A stretch of DNA of 64,000 nucleotides from Chara braunii (lineage: Eukaryota > Plantae > Charophyceae), in NCBI GenBank assembly GCA_003427395.1, contig BFEA01000003.1, forward strand, positions 8,258,517-8,322,516, in the 5' to 3' direction. This document shows, one piece after another, positions 49,285 through 62,874 of this stretch. The notes below the pieces were generated by a model, which was given only the letters and a program-made list of their open reading frames with translations, was not told the DNA's origin and ran no database searches. Made by a program: the position numbers and the translations under genes. Positions within the stretch are counted from its first letter, which is position 1, and every line of letters begins with the position of its first letter.

Positions 49285-50629
49285 CTGGTCTACGAAAAAT
49301 AACAGCTGCGGGATTTGTCACTACCTAGGCGCTACCGACACGAGGACACGAGCTGAATATCGTTTTCTGCNNNNNNNNNNNNNNNNNNNNNNNNNNNNNN
49401 NNNNNNNNNNNNNNNNNNNNNNNNNNNNNNNNNNNNNNNNNNNNNNNNNNNNNNNNNNNNNNNNNNNNNNNNNNNNNNNNNNNNNNNNNNNNNNNNNNNN
49501 NNNNNNNNNNNNNNNNNNNNNNNNNNNNNNNNNNNNNNNNNNNNNNNNNNNNNNNNNNNNNNNNNNNNNNNNNNNNNNNNNNNNNNNNNNNNNNNNNNNN
49601 NNNNNNNNNNNNNNNNNNNNNNNNNNNNNNNNNNNNNNNNNNNNNNNNNNNNNNNNNNNNNNNNNNNNNNNNNNNNNNNNNNNNNNNNNNNNNNNNNNNN
49701 NNNNNNNNNNNNNNNNNNNNNNNNNNNNNNNNNNNNNNNNNNNNNNNNNNNNNNNNNNNNNNNNNNNNNNNNNNNNNNNNNNNNNNNNNNNNNNNNNNNN
49801 NNNNNNNNNNNNNNNNNNNNNNNNNNNNNNNNNNNNNNNNNNNNNNNNNNNNNNNNNNNNNNNNNNNNNNNNNNNNNNNNNNNNNNNNNNNNNNNNNNNN
49901 NNNNNNNNNNNNNNNNNNNNNNNNNNNNNNNNNNNNNNNNNNNNNNNNNNNNNNNNNNNNNNNNNNNNNNNNNNNNNNNNNNNNNNNNNNNNNNNNNNNN
50001 NNNNNNNNNNNNNNNNNNNNNNNNNNNNNNNNNNNNNNNNNNNNNNNNNNNNNNNNNNNNTTGTTTTTTGCGCTATCCACTTGTACCAGCGTCTCTCATA
50101 CCTCATCTCTTCACCTCGTTTTTTCTCCCTCTCTTCATCTCCTATTCTCTTTTCTCTTTCTCCTCTTCTTCCTCTTTTTCTTCTTTTGGTCATGGTCGGT
50201 TACACCGGGTTCGTCAGCCTTTGTCGAGCTTCGAGTCGGCGCGTCTTTTCGACTCTCTATGCTCTATTGAGGAAACTCAACACTGCTAGTGGGACTTGGC
50301 CACCGGGCCTCATTTTTTTTTTTTATTTTTTTTTTATTTTTCCCAAAAGGCAGTCAGATGTCGTATGATCCATGCACTCTGGCCTGGTTCATACGACGAC
50401 TGCTTTTGAATTATACAAGCCGAAAAACGGGTCTTCCATCCCTTACATCATAGAGAAAGCCACGGGTAAACAGTTTCCTCTGACCATACAAAATGACAAA
50501 ATCCTAAATATGCACTATGCAATCCTAATTGTGCATATGCAAATTACCCTAAAAAAAGAAAAACAAAACAGAACCTACAAAAACATAGCCTATCACCCTT
50601 GAAAATAGCCCAACCCTGCAGATCCACTT

Positions 50630-51085
50630 TGCCACCCGCGTGGCAGGGATCTGTAAGCACAGGCCCCGCAAACCCACCCAACTCCTCGCGATTCAAAGCA
50701 GATCACTTCACCCCCTACGTTACCTACCCTAAAACACCAACTCCCTCCATGATGGTGTTTCAACAAACCCTGCGAAAAGCCCTACCTCCCACGCGGCAGG
50801 GGCCAAAGGCCCCGCAAAGCCCACCCACTTCCTCGCGATTTAGGGTAATCCGCACCTCCGTCCGCATGCACTCCCCAATGAGATCTTCACCTCCCTCCAT
50901 GATGAAAATCGTACGGAGCAACGCTCTCCAATCCCTCAAGAAAAGGATGATAGAAGAAAACTCCAAGCACACAAGGAAATGAACGTAACCCAAAACATTA
51001 AGGAACCTGCAGAAGTGCCCTACCACCCGCGCGGCAAGGGTCAAAGGACCCTGCAAACCCACCCACCTCCTCGCGATTTAGGGCA
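50630..51085. repeat. Three degenerate direct repeats
   Basis: GCAAA(G)CCCACCCA..TCCTCGCGATT near 50668, 50814 and 51053. Confidence 0.7.
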
Positions 51086-52285
51086 AATTGCTCCCCCAGT
51101 CAGCATCAACCCCTTGAGAACCCTGCCACCCACCATGACAGGGTCTTCGCAAAGCGACACTCCCACGTTTATCTCACCACGGTACAACGTAATCAACCAA
51201 AACACAAACCCAACAATAGCTATCAAGTAGAACATCAAGCAATACAGTGTAATTCGGCGGAATTTAAGCAGAAAAAGAAAAACATCAGTAAAGCTAAGAA
51301 AACAAACAGCTAGCAATTACGCCTAAAGCGGCGACATACAACGAAAAAATTAAAAAATCCCATGAAACTACCGAAAACAAAACTAACGAATCCCACACCA
51401 AATTTGGAATAACAATTCCACAATTATCACCAAAACAACCAAAACCGTACGACTCTAGTAATGAAAAACAAAAGACAACAAAGGTTTTCCTCTATCATGA
51501 CGAGGAAAAAGCTTGCCAGTAGATGCATTATCTGGAGATGGAATCGTTGATTGAAGGCAGAAGTGCTGAAAACCTCACTGGAAGCAACCCTATCGCACCG
51601 AAGTCGCCCAGACTTGCATAATAGCGAGGGGGACTAAGATCAAAGTCGCTCCTCGGCTTCAGCTCCATTGCAGACTCTCAACGAGAATCGTTTTTCGAGG
51701 ACAGCAGCATTCCGCTAACTCCAGCCAAACTACGTATCTGAGACGAGGGGGCCAAAGCCCCTGATCAGGCTTCGTTTATGGTATGTTGGCGGCTAGCAAA
51801 CCCCGCCTCGCAGTCAACCACACATGCAACTCTTTTCCTTCGCGACCTAACGAGGATTGTCGGCTCCCAACGACCAAGGCCAGCCATAGCCAGGGGCGTG
51901 GTGATACCCCTGTTGGACAGCAACTCTTCCCACGCCCATACGCGCGCTACACCCCTTGCGTCCGTGCCATTCCGCCGACGAGTTTTGGCATGCATGCAGC
52001 GCGTGCGTTGCGCTGCATGCGTTAGCGATCCCCCGCCGCTTACCGCTGCCACACCATTTTTGCGTTTAGTGACCGTACGTTCTCCATGCGTGGCCAATGG
52101 GCGGGCGGGATTTTCACTTCGAAAAAAAAAAAGAAAAAGAGAATCCACAAAACAAAGAAATAGTTTTTCCTGCTGACGTAGAAAACAACCGTATAAATGG
52201 TGGGGCCGCCAGATAGGAGACGCATCGATGGCCATTCGTGATTTTTCTGTGCATGGCCAACTTCATCATGCTAATTGCTTACAAA

Positions 52286-52320
<35 letters not shown>

Positions 52321-52501
52321 TGAACGTCGATCAGGGACCATTCTCCTGCCTCGTGGGTGGTATCGTGGTATATATGGTCAAACAGAGCTTCCCAATAAAT
52401 ATAAATATATATATACACAAATATATATCATCAAACACAACTGCCCGGTAAGCCGTAGGCAGAGAGGGAGGGAGAAGAGGACAACAAAGGAGGGGTTGTG
52501 A

Positions 52502-52563
52502 CAAACTGTTTCATCGAAGTTTCACCAACAGACTCATCAGGAGGGTGAGTCCTCAACAGTCTG
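52502..52563 (-). ncRNA. Type III hammerhead ribozyme (intact CUGAUGA/GAAA core)
   Basis: cagactg-TT-gagg(actcac)cctc-CTGATGA-gtc..gat-GAAA-cagtttg: stem III 8 bp including the core A-U pair, stem I 4 bp. Confidence 0.8.
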
Positions 52564-55500
52564 CAGAATCCCCTAACTGATTATACTGTAAGCATCAACG
52601 ACTGCCCTACAACTGATACCCTGAGGTGGCCACCAGCCACTGCCCACAAGGGACCTCGACAAACAATATATAGTCCATTCGTGCAACATGTTGTAGTCGG
52701 CGTAGAAATTGCAGCACACGCCAGCGGATGGCCAATCTGCTCGGCCCCCCTGGACTTATCTAGCTCAGTTGGTACACCCATTAACTGTTGAAAGACAGAC
52801 TCCAACTCGAATCCCGAAACTGTCAGATGAACAGAATAACACCATCATGATGCTGAATTACTGAATTACCTCGGGCCGGTCACTTCAATGATGATATCCC
52901 AAGGTTGTGGCTCTTTCAAAAAGAACAGAACAACAAAAAATAAAAAAATGTGCTCTGGAGGGGGGGCGCAGCGACGGGCGCTACGGAGTGCTCAACGTTG
53001 ACGCTGCCAGTAGTAGGTCGCTGGCGCTGTTCCGTCACGACCTCGCACTCTCAGTGAAGTGTTGAGTCGGCATCCACCCTTCGTCTACCTGGTAGGCGGC
53101 AACCATCTCTGCAGAGCTTGGGGGTTTTAGGAGCTGGAGAATAGCCCTTGAGGTAGGCATTCACCTATGCGAATGATGAGAGAAGGCGCGCGCCATCAGG
53201 GCGCCCGCCAAAGGTATCACAACCAACACAGGCAACATGGGGGTGGATGAAACGGACATGTGACGCTATAGCTACTTGGTCAAGTACCTGTTACTTAGAA
53301 GGGTGTGGTGGAGGCGGAAGGACTGTATGCCGCCACTTCAGCTATCCAGTGCCATAATTAAGCTATGAAAAGGAGAATTCATTGTGGGGCGGATCAGAAG
53401 CATGAGGTCACCTGGCGCTATGGACGTTATCCAGTGAAGCAGACAAGGGCCGGCATGAATCATGGGACGGTGGAGATTGAGGGTCGCACAACGAAAATCC
53501 CTTAGAATCCAGAGTTGGATGATGTTGTCATAAATTGCTTAAAAGAACGTACGGTTGTTATCATCTTCCAAGAAGACAGTAAATCTCCGCCTAACAAAAT
53601 CAAGGAGATGCTGATTAGAATTTACGAGGATGGTTGGTACTCAAATCCGACGGTCAACCCGTCTTTGAAGAGGGGCAGAGTAAAAAAAAAGGGCGGCAGT
53701 GTCTTCTCGTACGTTGCTACTACGAAGGAAACAGCAGAATTTATGGTGACGAAAGGGTCGGATAAGATTAAGTTTGACGAGACAAATACACTGTATCAGG
53801 TCACCTTCCGGAAATGGGCTACAAAGGAGTTGGAGGATTTGAAAGCACGAGAAGCGGCCGGGAAATTTTGGGTAATGGGAATCAGGGTCTCGCTAAGGGC
53901 TATGTTTCACATGCATTGGGCTGTCGAGAATTCGATGGCCAAGATAATCAAGATGTGTCCACCGCAAAGGGATAACCACTTCCCTAGGTTAACGAATGTG
54001 AAAATCGATTTGGCTCCAAAGGCAAGACGTAGTGGAATTCACTAAAGATGGGGAGCATTTCAAATTGGAGTTTGTCTCTCAGGCTACTAATAGGTGCAAA
54101 AAATGTCGATGGTATTAGCACACAGAGGATAACCCAATCTGCCCCCACCATCCTCTACACTACACAACACAGGGCCCATCATCCTCAGCCCAACCTCGAG
54201 TCTCACCTGGAGGAGCCCAACCTCGAGCCTCACCTGGAGGAGCCCAACAGCAAAATTCTCCTACCGGCCAAGGGGGCCCTAGTCCCGGGAGAGTCCCCAA
54301 TTCGAGTGCGGGTCCGAGTGGGTCTTCTGGCCCGCAACCTTTTATCACAGCGCCCCCCCCCCCAATCAGCCACCATCTCCCCAGCACAGCACTGCGGCCT
54401 CTCACCCTCACTGCTCACAACATCCAACCCCGACACAACAACGAACTCATCAGACCCCAACCCCTTTCATTCCACAGACATTCGCCTTTCCAACCCAATC
54501 ACACCAATCATCATCCAACCATCACCAGCAAGGGAGTGTCCCTGCACCCTTGCCTCCATCGTTTCAGCTTGGCGTACCAACAAAGCCTCACACGCAACCC
54601 CCCTCTCGTCCGATTCATGTCTCGCCTACTTATAGTGTCACGGCAACAATACCTCACCTCGCTCCGCGGCAGGGTTGTCCATTCGGACCAGGTATCCAAG
54701 TTGGGCCGGGTGTAGCCAATGCTAAGTTCTATATGTCAGTTCCCATCCTGGGAACAGGTCACTGGGGACAACAAAGCACACAGCCTGGCCATCTGTGGTA
54801 CCCTCCTGCAGCCAACACAATAATCCCATCTACGAGTTAGAACCCTTGCTGCCTGGCGTAGAAGCAGCAGACGCTGGATCAGTCAAGATATCTGCTTCTC
54901 CAAAGGAACACATATCTGAGGAGCCCTCATTCGCCAGAGCAACTCCAGGGTCCAAGCTGGCAGACATGTCTGGAACTGATAGTAAAGCCAAGGAGAGGAG
55001 TAACATGTAGGAAGCGTTGCTAGATTGGGTTCGGTAATGCAAGGAACCAGTGTTCAGCTAAGGAATAAGGAGGGCAGTCTGTCCCCGAGCCAAAGTGAGG
55101 AGAAAAGTCCCTTAAAACAACGGAGAACAAATCTGGAAGGGGAAAAGTCCTCATGGTCCTTTAGCTTCTCAGACAACGAGTCTTTTGCCTCATCCATAAT
55201 CCCGATAGCAGATATACTTTGGCAAATGGACAAAGCACGTTTGAATGAACCGTCGTTGGGTACGCCCCGAGGCACGACATCAGTCCCCTCCCAAGCGAGA
55301 TCAACAACAAAGCTCATAGTACCGGCCATCTGCGTACCAGATTCGAAGGGGGCACTTATTCTTTGTCATGACTAAGGCAACAACAGTCTTAGTATGCCCT
55401 CATTTGCGACTGACCTCCCACCCGACAACGAAACTATCTTGAGATGTGTTAACAATCTTCTGAGAAATCGTTTTCCCAGACAAAGTGCAAAGTTATCCCC

Positions 55501-57081
55501 AATTTAACAATGGGAAGGCGGTCAGACAGTCTGCAGATGGTACCTTGCATCGGCTGTATGTTCCCTTTGTTGATCTTTGTCTTCCTCCAGATGCATACCT
55601 AGTATTGGAGCGGGAGGGAATCCGATGGGCGCCAGGTAGTTGTTTGATTCCATTTGCAACCCCTACCTGGCACACATACATTTGGAGGATGGGTTACCGG
55701 TGGACTTCGTGGCAGAACGTAACACGAAGTTGAAGGGAAGGAACATGTCCTCCCTTTTCTTTAGAGATAGCCTCACCACAGCTTGGCTCCCTGTGAAAGA
55801 ATCCAAGAAGGACCGTCAAAGGTAAACCCCTAACAAAGGGGCCGACCGCAATATTTCGATCGTACCCCATCTAAATGAACCGTTTTTCAGTAGCCTCATG
55901 GAATGTCAGGGGGTTAGGTGACAGAGAAAAACGTACTCATCTTAAAACTTGGATTCACAGCCAAAGAGCGCAAGTGATCTGTCTTCAGGAAACCAAGTTA
56001 GACAGTTACAACATTAAGGAATACAGTACTTGGTGGAAGGGGCCACATTTGTGGGCCCCAGCGGATGGCACGAAAGGTGGCACGGCAATTCTCACACACC
56101 GAGACTTATATTTTAACTGGGGGAGATGGGTGTGGATTAAGTGAATTTTGGCAGGCAAAACATGGACTTTTCTGAGTGTGTACGCTCCGTCTGATCGCAA
56201 GGAACGTCTGTCCTTTCTTGCAGACTTGGAAGAGTCGTTACCAGACGTGGACAATTTGGTACTAGCCGTGGACTGCAACGTGGTACTAAACCCGGGTATT
56301 GATGTCAGACCAATTCGGACAGACGCCAAGTTGCTTATTTCGTTCATAGAAAGGCAGGGGTTAGTGGATGCATTCAGAGTGACCCACCCCACAAATTTTG
56401 GTTTCACATGGCATCCTGCTAGTAGAAACCAGCCTACGGGCAGGAAACAACGCAGGCTGAACATGGGGTTTGTTCGTGCTTCAGCTTGGGAATCCCTTTT
56501 GTGAGTAAATCTTGTGGTTGACCCCCTCTCTGACCATTACCCAGTGGTAGCCCTCTTCCTACAAGGACCTTGCATAGACAAGGAAAGAGGGTACTTCAGA
56601 CTCAATACAGAAATTATAAGGGATGCGGGTGTTTGTGAATGCGTTAGAGAACAAAATGACGTATGGAAACTAACTAAACCTTCTTTTTTCCAACAACCGG
56701 AGACTGACTCACAGCAGGACTGAGAATCATAGCAAAAGCTTTTTCTATTTTCTCTATTACTAAAACCTTCTTTATGAATAAAGAAGAGGACATACGTAAA
56801 AATAGGATCGAAGAAGCGGAGGCAACAATGAGCCAACACCCTGTTTCCGATGTGTTTTGGGATAGAGAAATTATACGTTGGTTGGTCAAACGGGAGAAAA
56901 TTCAGCTTAACAAACAAAAAGTGCGGTTGGAGAGGTGTAAGATCAAGGGTATGGAGAAGCTGGACAGAATCAACACGGAGACCTTCGCTTCGGTGAAACA
57001 CCATTCCACTCAATTGTCTACCGCGTGGGCGCAGGGAACGCAGCCCTAAGGTAGTCAAAGCAATGAGACTAAGAGTGCGCG

Positions 57082-57086
<5 letters not shown>

Positions 57087-57169
<83 letters not shown>
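57087..57169. repeat. (GA)n microsatellite running into a gap; others at 58589-58647 and 60107-60190
   Basis: Direct observation. Confidence 0.95.
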
Positions 57170-57505
57170 NNNNNNNNNNNNNNNNNNNNNNNNNNNNNNN
57201 NNNNNNNNNNNNNNNNNNNNNNNNNNNNNNNNNNNNNNNNNNNNNNNNNNNNNNNNNNNNNNNNNNNNNNNNNNNNNNNNNNNNNNNNNNNNNNNNNNNN
57301 NNNNNNNNNNNNNNNNNNNNNNNNNNNNNNNNNNNNNNNNNNNNNNNNNNNNNNNNNNNNNNNNNNNNNNNNNNNNNNNNNNNNNNNNNNNNNNNNNNNN
57401 NNNNNNNNNNNNNNNNNNNNNNNNNNNNNNNNNNNNNNNNNNNNNNNNNNNNNNNNNNNNNNNNNNNNNNNNNNNNNNNNNNNNNNNNNNNNNNNNNNNN
57501 NNNNN

Positions 57506-57538
57506 TCTTATACACATCTAGATGTGTATAAGAGACAG
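57506..57538. other. Nextera mate-pair junction adapter (assembly artefact)
   Basis: TCTTATACACATCT+AGATGTGTATAAGAGACAG: back-to-back Tn5 mosaic ends at a gap edge. Confidence 0.97.
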
Positions 57539-58586
57539 GAGAGAGAGAGAGTGAGAGAGAGAAAAAAAAAAAAAAAAAGATGTGACGAACCATCTTCTGT
57601 AATCGCGCGACTTTCTGCGCGAAGCTGCTTGGAAAAATACGACGGGTCGGATGGGTGAGTTGCGGGGAGATGGGTCGGGCGGCAAATTGCATGGATGTCC
57701 TTGTTTCTTTTCGTTTTCTGCTGGGAATTGACGGATTGGTGTTGGGAAAATTCCGTACCAACGGTTGGGTAGCCGCGCCTTAGCGAGCGCGAAAAATAAT
57801 TGTACCATAGCTTCTTTCTTGCTCTGCTGAGAGCACTGGGGATTTTTGAGGCGATCATCGCACGGGAATATCGTTTTTGAATTTTCAACTGACAACGAGC
57901 CCCCATGGGCTCGCGGAATTGTTTTTCTTTTTTTCGGAATTTCCTTTTGCAATTAGGACTTAGGCTAGGAATTCAGGAACGCTTAATTTTGTTGCACCGC
58001 GCTTGCGCGCATCTTGCTGCGCTGGGAACTGGACTCTGACTGGATCGCACCCTTAATCTTGTGCAATTGTCATTTTTGGCGGGCGCGATTGTAACTGTAT
58101 CTTTCTTCTCTCTTGGTTGCCTTGTGTTTACCCGCCTTCTTCTTCTTCTTCCTCGCCTCCCATACTCTGTTCTAATTGGCCGGAGCGCCTGCATGACCTG
58201 ATTGATGCGTGGAGTGTGGCTACGACCCCCACACCGCGGCCTGGCCATGCAGACGTAGGCAATTCCTCTTTTCTTCTCTTTTCCACTTGGGCTTAATCCC
58301 GTGCCTTTCGTGCAGGTATGCATGTTATAAATTCCACAAGCGAGATTAGTTTACTCTCTAAGAATTTCGAGGTTAGCGCGATCAGTGAGGGTCGGCTAAC
58401 GAGCAAGTTTGAGAGGTGAGTGCGTGTGAGAGTTGGGCAATCCGACGAGCTCGCGTCGAGTATGAGGGGTTGACGTGCGGGGCCGCGACGGACTGTGGCG
58501 CACGAGCGAACCTGGCTTGCATGCTCGAACCAAGCGGGGTGACAACTCTGTGTTGATGCGAGGCAACGGAGTGCCCGCATCGGGAG

Positions 58587-58648
<62 letters not shown>

Positions 58649-59050
58649 AGTTGCGTGGGTGTGGAATAAGGTTTTTTTCGTTGTTCCTTTCTTTTCCTCT
58701 GTTCATCTGTATAATTTTAGATCCGGATATGGTCGATTTTATCGGGGCCTTCTTTTTGGACTTCTTTTGTAAATCGTCCCGGATTTTCCCTGTCGTTTGT
58801 ATTTTGTATGTATGCATGGAAATTGATGGAATGAATGTGAGTCCCCTTTATTAGCGATCTTTTTGGATTTTCAATTTTGTTTTGCAATGTCCGTTTCGAC
58901 TCTGTGTACCACTCACTTGCGTGAGCTATACGCTTAGATATGATTGAAAGCGCTCGATTATGGGTGTTTTGGTTTAATCATTAACTTTCGATCGACAAGA
59001 GTGCTATAAGAACTTAACGATCCTTTCTCTTCTTTCCTCCTTTTTGTTAC

Positions 59051-59755
59051 ATGTATGATATGCAATGACCGGATCTCACCCGACGCCGCTGGGATAGGAT
59101 ATCTGCATGCATGTGGAATGCGATCGACCCGCTGAACCAACCTGCTGTTTCTCACGTGCACGCTCGCGTACGACCGTGATCTCGAGGAAACCAAGTCGCT
59201 ATGTACGCCCTCGCCTGCGTGAGTCAGCTTGAAACTCCGCACGAGGATGCAAGAGACCGAGTGATCCAAACGGATATGGATGCGGAATTTCCTTTTTGGA
59301 TGTTCGATCATGAGAGTCTGAGGAACCCGGAATACCGCGAATACTGGGAAGGTGAACAACTCAGACGGCAGGGGAACTTAAGAAATCCAGAATTCCGCTG
59401 TCTGACAAAAAGCGATCGATTGTGTGCGAGGGACTTTCACTGTACTATAACTAACGATCCTAGGGGCCTCGATTACCCGGATACTTATAATACGCTGTAT
59501 TTCATATCCCCCGGTTTCGTTGTTATTACTACAAGTTTCCCTCCCTTCCTCCTCCTTCCATATCACCAACTCACGATGGTGTCGTGGAATTCCATAGCCC
59601 GCTATTGGACTTGCATACCGTGCGAAAAGTGTCGGCGGCACCAGGCCTATCAAGCCTCGGCATTCGCTCGACGAACCCGCACTAAAGCCGAGGGGCGCCG
59701 ACAATTGGTCGAACCGTGCGACCAGCCACGAAGGCCAAACCAAAGGAGATGGTGA
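59051..59755 (+). pseudogene. Orphan ORF inside the CMC-like element
   Basis: ORF 59201..59755 extends in frame to an ATG at 59051 across two TGA codons. Cys-containing; no known motif. Confidence 0.35.
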
Positions 59756-60103
59756 TTCCCATTTCTTTTAAGCTTGAAAATTGAGTTCGTTGGCAGGGGC
59801 AATGTTGTTGGGATTTTGCTCAAGAATGCACGAGTGTTTAGATCTGTTGGTACTGTGATCGTGGAAAAGTGCCCCAAATCTTTAGCCTGAGATGCACTAC
59901 GCATGCCATTTGCCTTATGTTGCACGACATCAGCAGCTTCCTTTCTGTGCACACCCTCTTTGCGCCTATACCCCCGAAACTTGCCACAGGAGATCTCAGT
60001 TCCGACCTGGGATTCCACCCCCACTTTCCTAAAATCCTTGGCGGGCGTCACAGAGAGAGAGGGAGAGGGGGGGCTACCAAAGAAAGAGGGAGAGGGGGGG
60101 CCT

Positions 60104-60190
<87 letters not shown>

Positions 60191-62874
60191 NNNNNNNNNN
60201 NNNNNNNNNNNNNNNNNNNNNNNNNNNNNNNNNNNNNNNNNNNNNNNNNNNNNNNNNNNNNNNNNNNNNNNNNNNNNNNNNNNNNNNNNNNNNNNNNNNN
60301 NNNNNNNNNNNNNNNNNNNNNNNNNNNNNNNNNNNNNNNNNNNNGGGGGGTGGGGGGGGGGGGCTGAATGGGAAATTGAGATACGGGTCAAATTGCGGCC
60401 ACGATTTATTTCACAGTTGGAATTTTTTTTTTTTTATTATTGAGCGTTTTTTCCTGGAAAGATCACAACAAAATCTACGAGTACTCCAATTTTCAGGTTT
60501 TTTCACGCATTCTTCCAAGCGCGAGAACTCACCAAGTTTGCAGTACTTTTTCAATTGGCCCACACATGGCTGAGTGGCAAAAATGGAAAATGTGTTGAAT
60601 AGGTTCAACAATTATTTTGCAGTCTAAATGAATTTTTGAAAATGTTCTAAAATTTTTCCTCGAAAGAGCATGACCTCATTTATGGATTTTCAATATTTCA
60701 GATTTTTCTGCGGGTTCATCCGAGGACAGAAAATCGTCAAAGTTGCCACTTGCAAAACGTCTGTTTCGTTGCGCCTGTCCTCCCTGTATTGAGAAGACAG
60801 GCCTCAACGCCTGGGCATGAGGGCCCTTTTGCAGTTCACATGCCCTCACTTCTTTTTGGGGTCCGCTTCCACCCGAGGACTGGTCCAACCCCCCCCACTT
60901 CCTTTTGGGGTCCACTTCCACCCGAGGACCGGTCCTTCCGTTTTCCAAAAGTCCCGGTTCTACCTAGTTGTAGGTAGTCCGCAATTTTGCCAAGGACTAG
61001 TCATCCGATTTTTTTTGCCCCCTCAGAACCCACCTTGCGTCTTGGTCGCCCGCCGCAAAAAAATGTGACACCTTGACACAGACGCCCAAACCCACTATAC
61101 TGCAGCCTTAGGGTTGTGAACACCAGATGATGAGAGAGTTTGCACATCCATTTGACCCCAACCTGCGCCCTACCTCGGAAACCATTGGAATGTGCAATTA
61201 TGCGGTCACATATTTTAAGGATATCTTGACATACTGTAAACCTGTGGGAGAACTCTATAGGGACCTGAGGGCATCTTCGGACTTTTGGGCCAACACGGTA
61301 GCAAGAATCCCGGTCCAAGGCAGACTGGCCCTTGATAGACCCATCACGACAGATGAACTGACCCATGCGGGCAGTCGAATGGCGAAGAAGAAAGCTCCAG
61401 GGGAGGATGGTCTCCCTATCAAATTCTTTAAGGAATTTTGGGACTTGTTTTTTTTGTGCAGATTTATGAGGTTCTACTTGGCACCCTTCTTCCAGCTCGC
61501 ATGACCAAGGGCATCATTGCACTGTTGTTGTTCAAGAAAGGGGAAAATAATAATATTCGTAATTGGCGCCCGATTTCTTTGTTGAACACAATATTCAAAC
61601 TGTTGGCAAACTTGAAAACACTGGCCATTAGACTCGCATACAATCTACCTGGGTTAGTGGGGGCTGATCAGAGCGCATTCGTAAAGGGAAGGTTGATCAT
61701 GGATAACATTGTTATAATAGTAGAGTTTATGGAGGTTATAGCAGACGAAGAGTTGGATATGGCAGTGCTCTTTCGAAATCTAGAAAAAAACCTATAACCG
61801 AGTGACTTGGACCTTCGTGCTGACCTCCCTAAGGCATGTAGGGATAGGACCATCTTATTGTATATGGGTCAAAGCCCTGTATTGCTACTCTACAGCATCA
61901 GTTATGGTTAATGGTCGTATCTCTGACCCCTTCCCGTTGACACGGTCCCTGAGACGAGGGTGCTTGTTGGCCCCTCTCCTGTTTGTTATCCAAATGGATA
62001 TCATGCTCAATAATATTAGATGTGGGCCATATATTTCACGGATGTGGGCCAGGGGTCATGATCAATTTAAAGGTAGTGCCTTAGTTGACGACCTCTCGAT
62101 AGTTAGTAAAAACACGTTAGGGTCATTAACGGCAGTGAAAATCATCATAGTGGAGTATTGCGACATGTGTAAAGCTCAGGTTAATTGGAAAAAAATTGTT
62201 TTTTTCCTACCGGATCAATTTAACATTTGCATGGAATTTTGGATGAAGAAGATCCCTGCAGATTTTGCTGAAAGGTTCCTTGGTGTGCAGGTTTCACTGC
62301 AGAACTGTGACAAAGTCCAGGATCAGATTCCCCTGGATAGAGGGGGGCAGCGCATCAAGAGGTGGAAGACAGCTTATGGTCTGTCATTAATGGGGAGAGT
62401 TTTTATCTGTAATGCTTCAGTATTCTCTCAGTTGTGGCATGCGGTATCAATTCGCCGTTTGGGCAAAGCCACTGCAAGGAAAATAGAAGGTGCAGCCTCG
62501 AAGTATGTGTGGAAGCCCGACCAGGAAGAAGATGGGGGGTTCATGCCTAAACTGGCATGGGATAAGTTGACAGCGCCCAAGGACGAAGTGGGTTTGGCCT
62601 TACTCGACCCACAATGTCAGAACACCGCATTGCTGTGTAAACGGCCAGTTAAACCACCAGTACTTGGCCCAGCTATCAAGTCCGAGCCTCCAACGACCGG
62701 TATGTCGAGCCTGCCAAGCCTGGCAGTACCAGTAGCTGGACGGGTCGAGGCTGGGGGGACTAGTTGGAAAACAAAAGCAGCAAAAAAAAAACAAACACCA
62801 ACGCTGTGGATGTGAATGCAGTTCGATGTAAAAAAAAAAAAAAAAAGCAGTTGGATGTATTCTTCTCAGTGCTA

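Larger units (their letters stand above)
43077..50265 (+). mobile_element. Penelope-like retroelement, permuted EN-RT (Chlamys/Naiad type), with direct pLTRs at 43077-44245 and 49083-50265
   Basis: GIY-YIG precedes a PLE-type RT. The direct repeats include the RT 3' end and match on both sides of the N-gaps. Confidence 0.9.
42948..50307. mobile_element. About 175-bp long-TIR MITE split by the Penelope-like insertion (pieces 42948-43080 and 50266-50307)
   Basis: Left TIR CCCGGGGGGCAAGTCCCACTAGCAGCGTTGAGGTTCCTCGACGCCTGAATCTGG. Right TIR is CCAGATTCAGGC (43069-43080) plus ATTGAGGAAACTCAACACTGCTAGTGGGACTTGGCCACCGGG. Confidence 0.8.
57039..61118. mobile_element. Non-autonomous CACTA/CMC-like element rich in (GA)n
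   Basis: 13-bp imperfect TIR CGCAGCCCTAAGG / CCTTAGGGTTGTG, 2-bp TSD AA. Removal restores the LINE reading CLPRGRREHQMMREFAHPF. Confidence 0.7.
52935..62648 (+). mobile_element. LINE C (decayed): ORF1 about 53500-55800, APE 55875-56600, RT 61121-62648; interrupted at 57039-61118 and cut off at a TTAA element end
   Basis: WCKKC knuckle; SWNVRGL, CLQET, VYAP, SDHYP; KAPGEDG, NWRPISLL, RRGCLLAP, LVDD, FLGV. 5' boundary approximate. Confidence 0.85.

Noticed and set aside
57506-57538. Bacterial Tn5/IS50 insertion
   Set aside because: Synthetic mosaic-end junction adapter.
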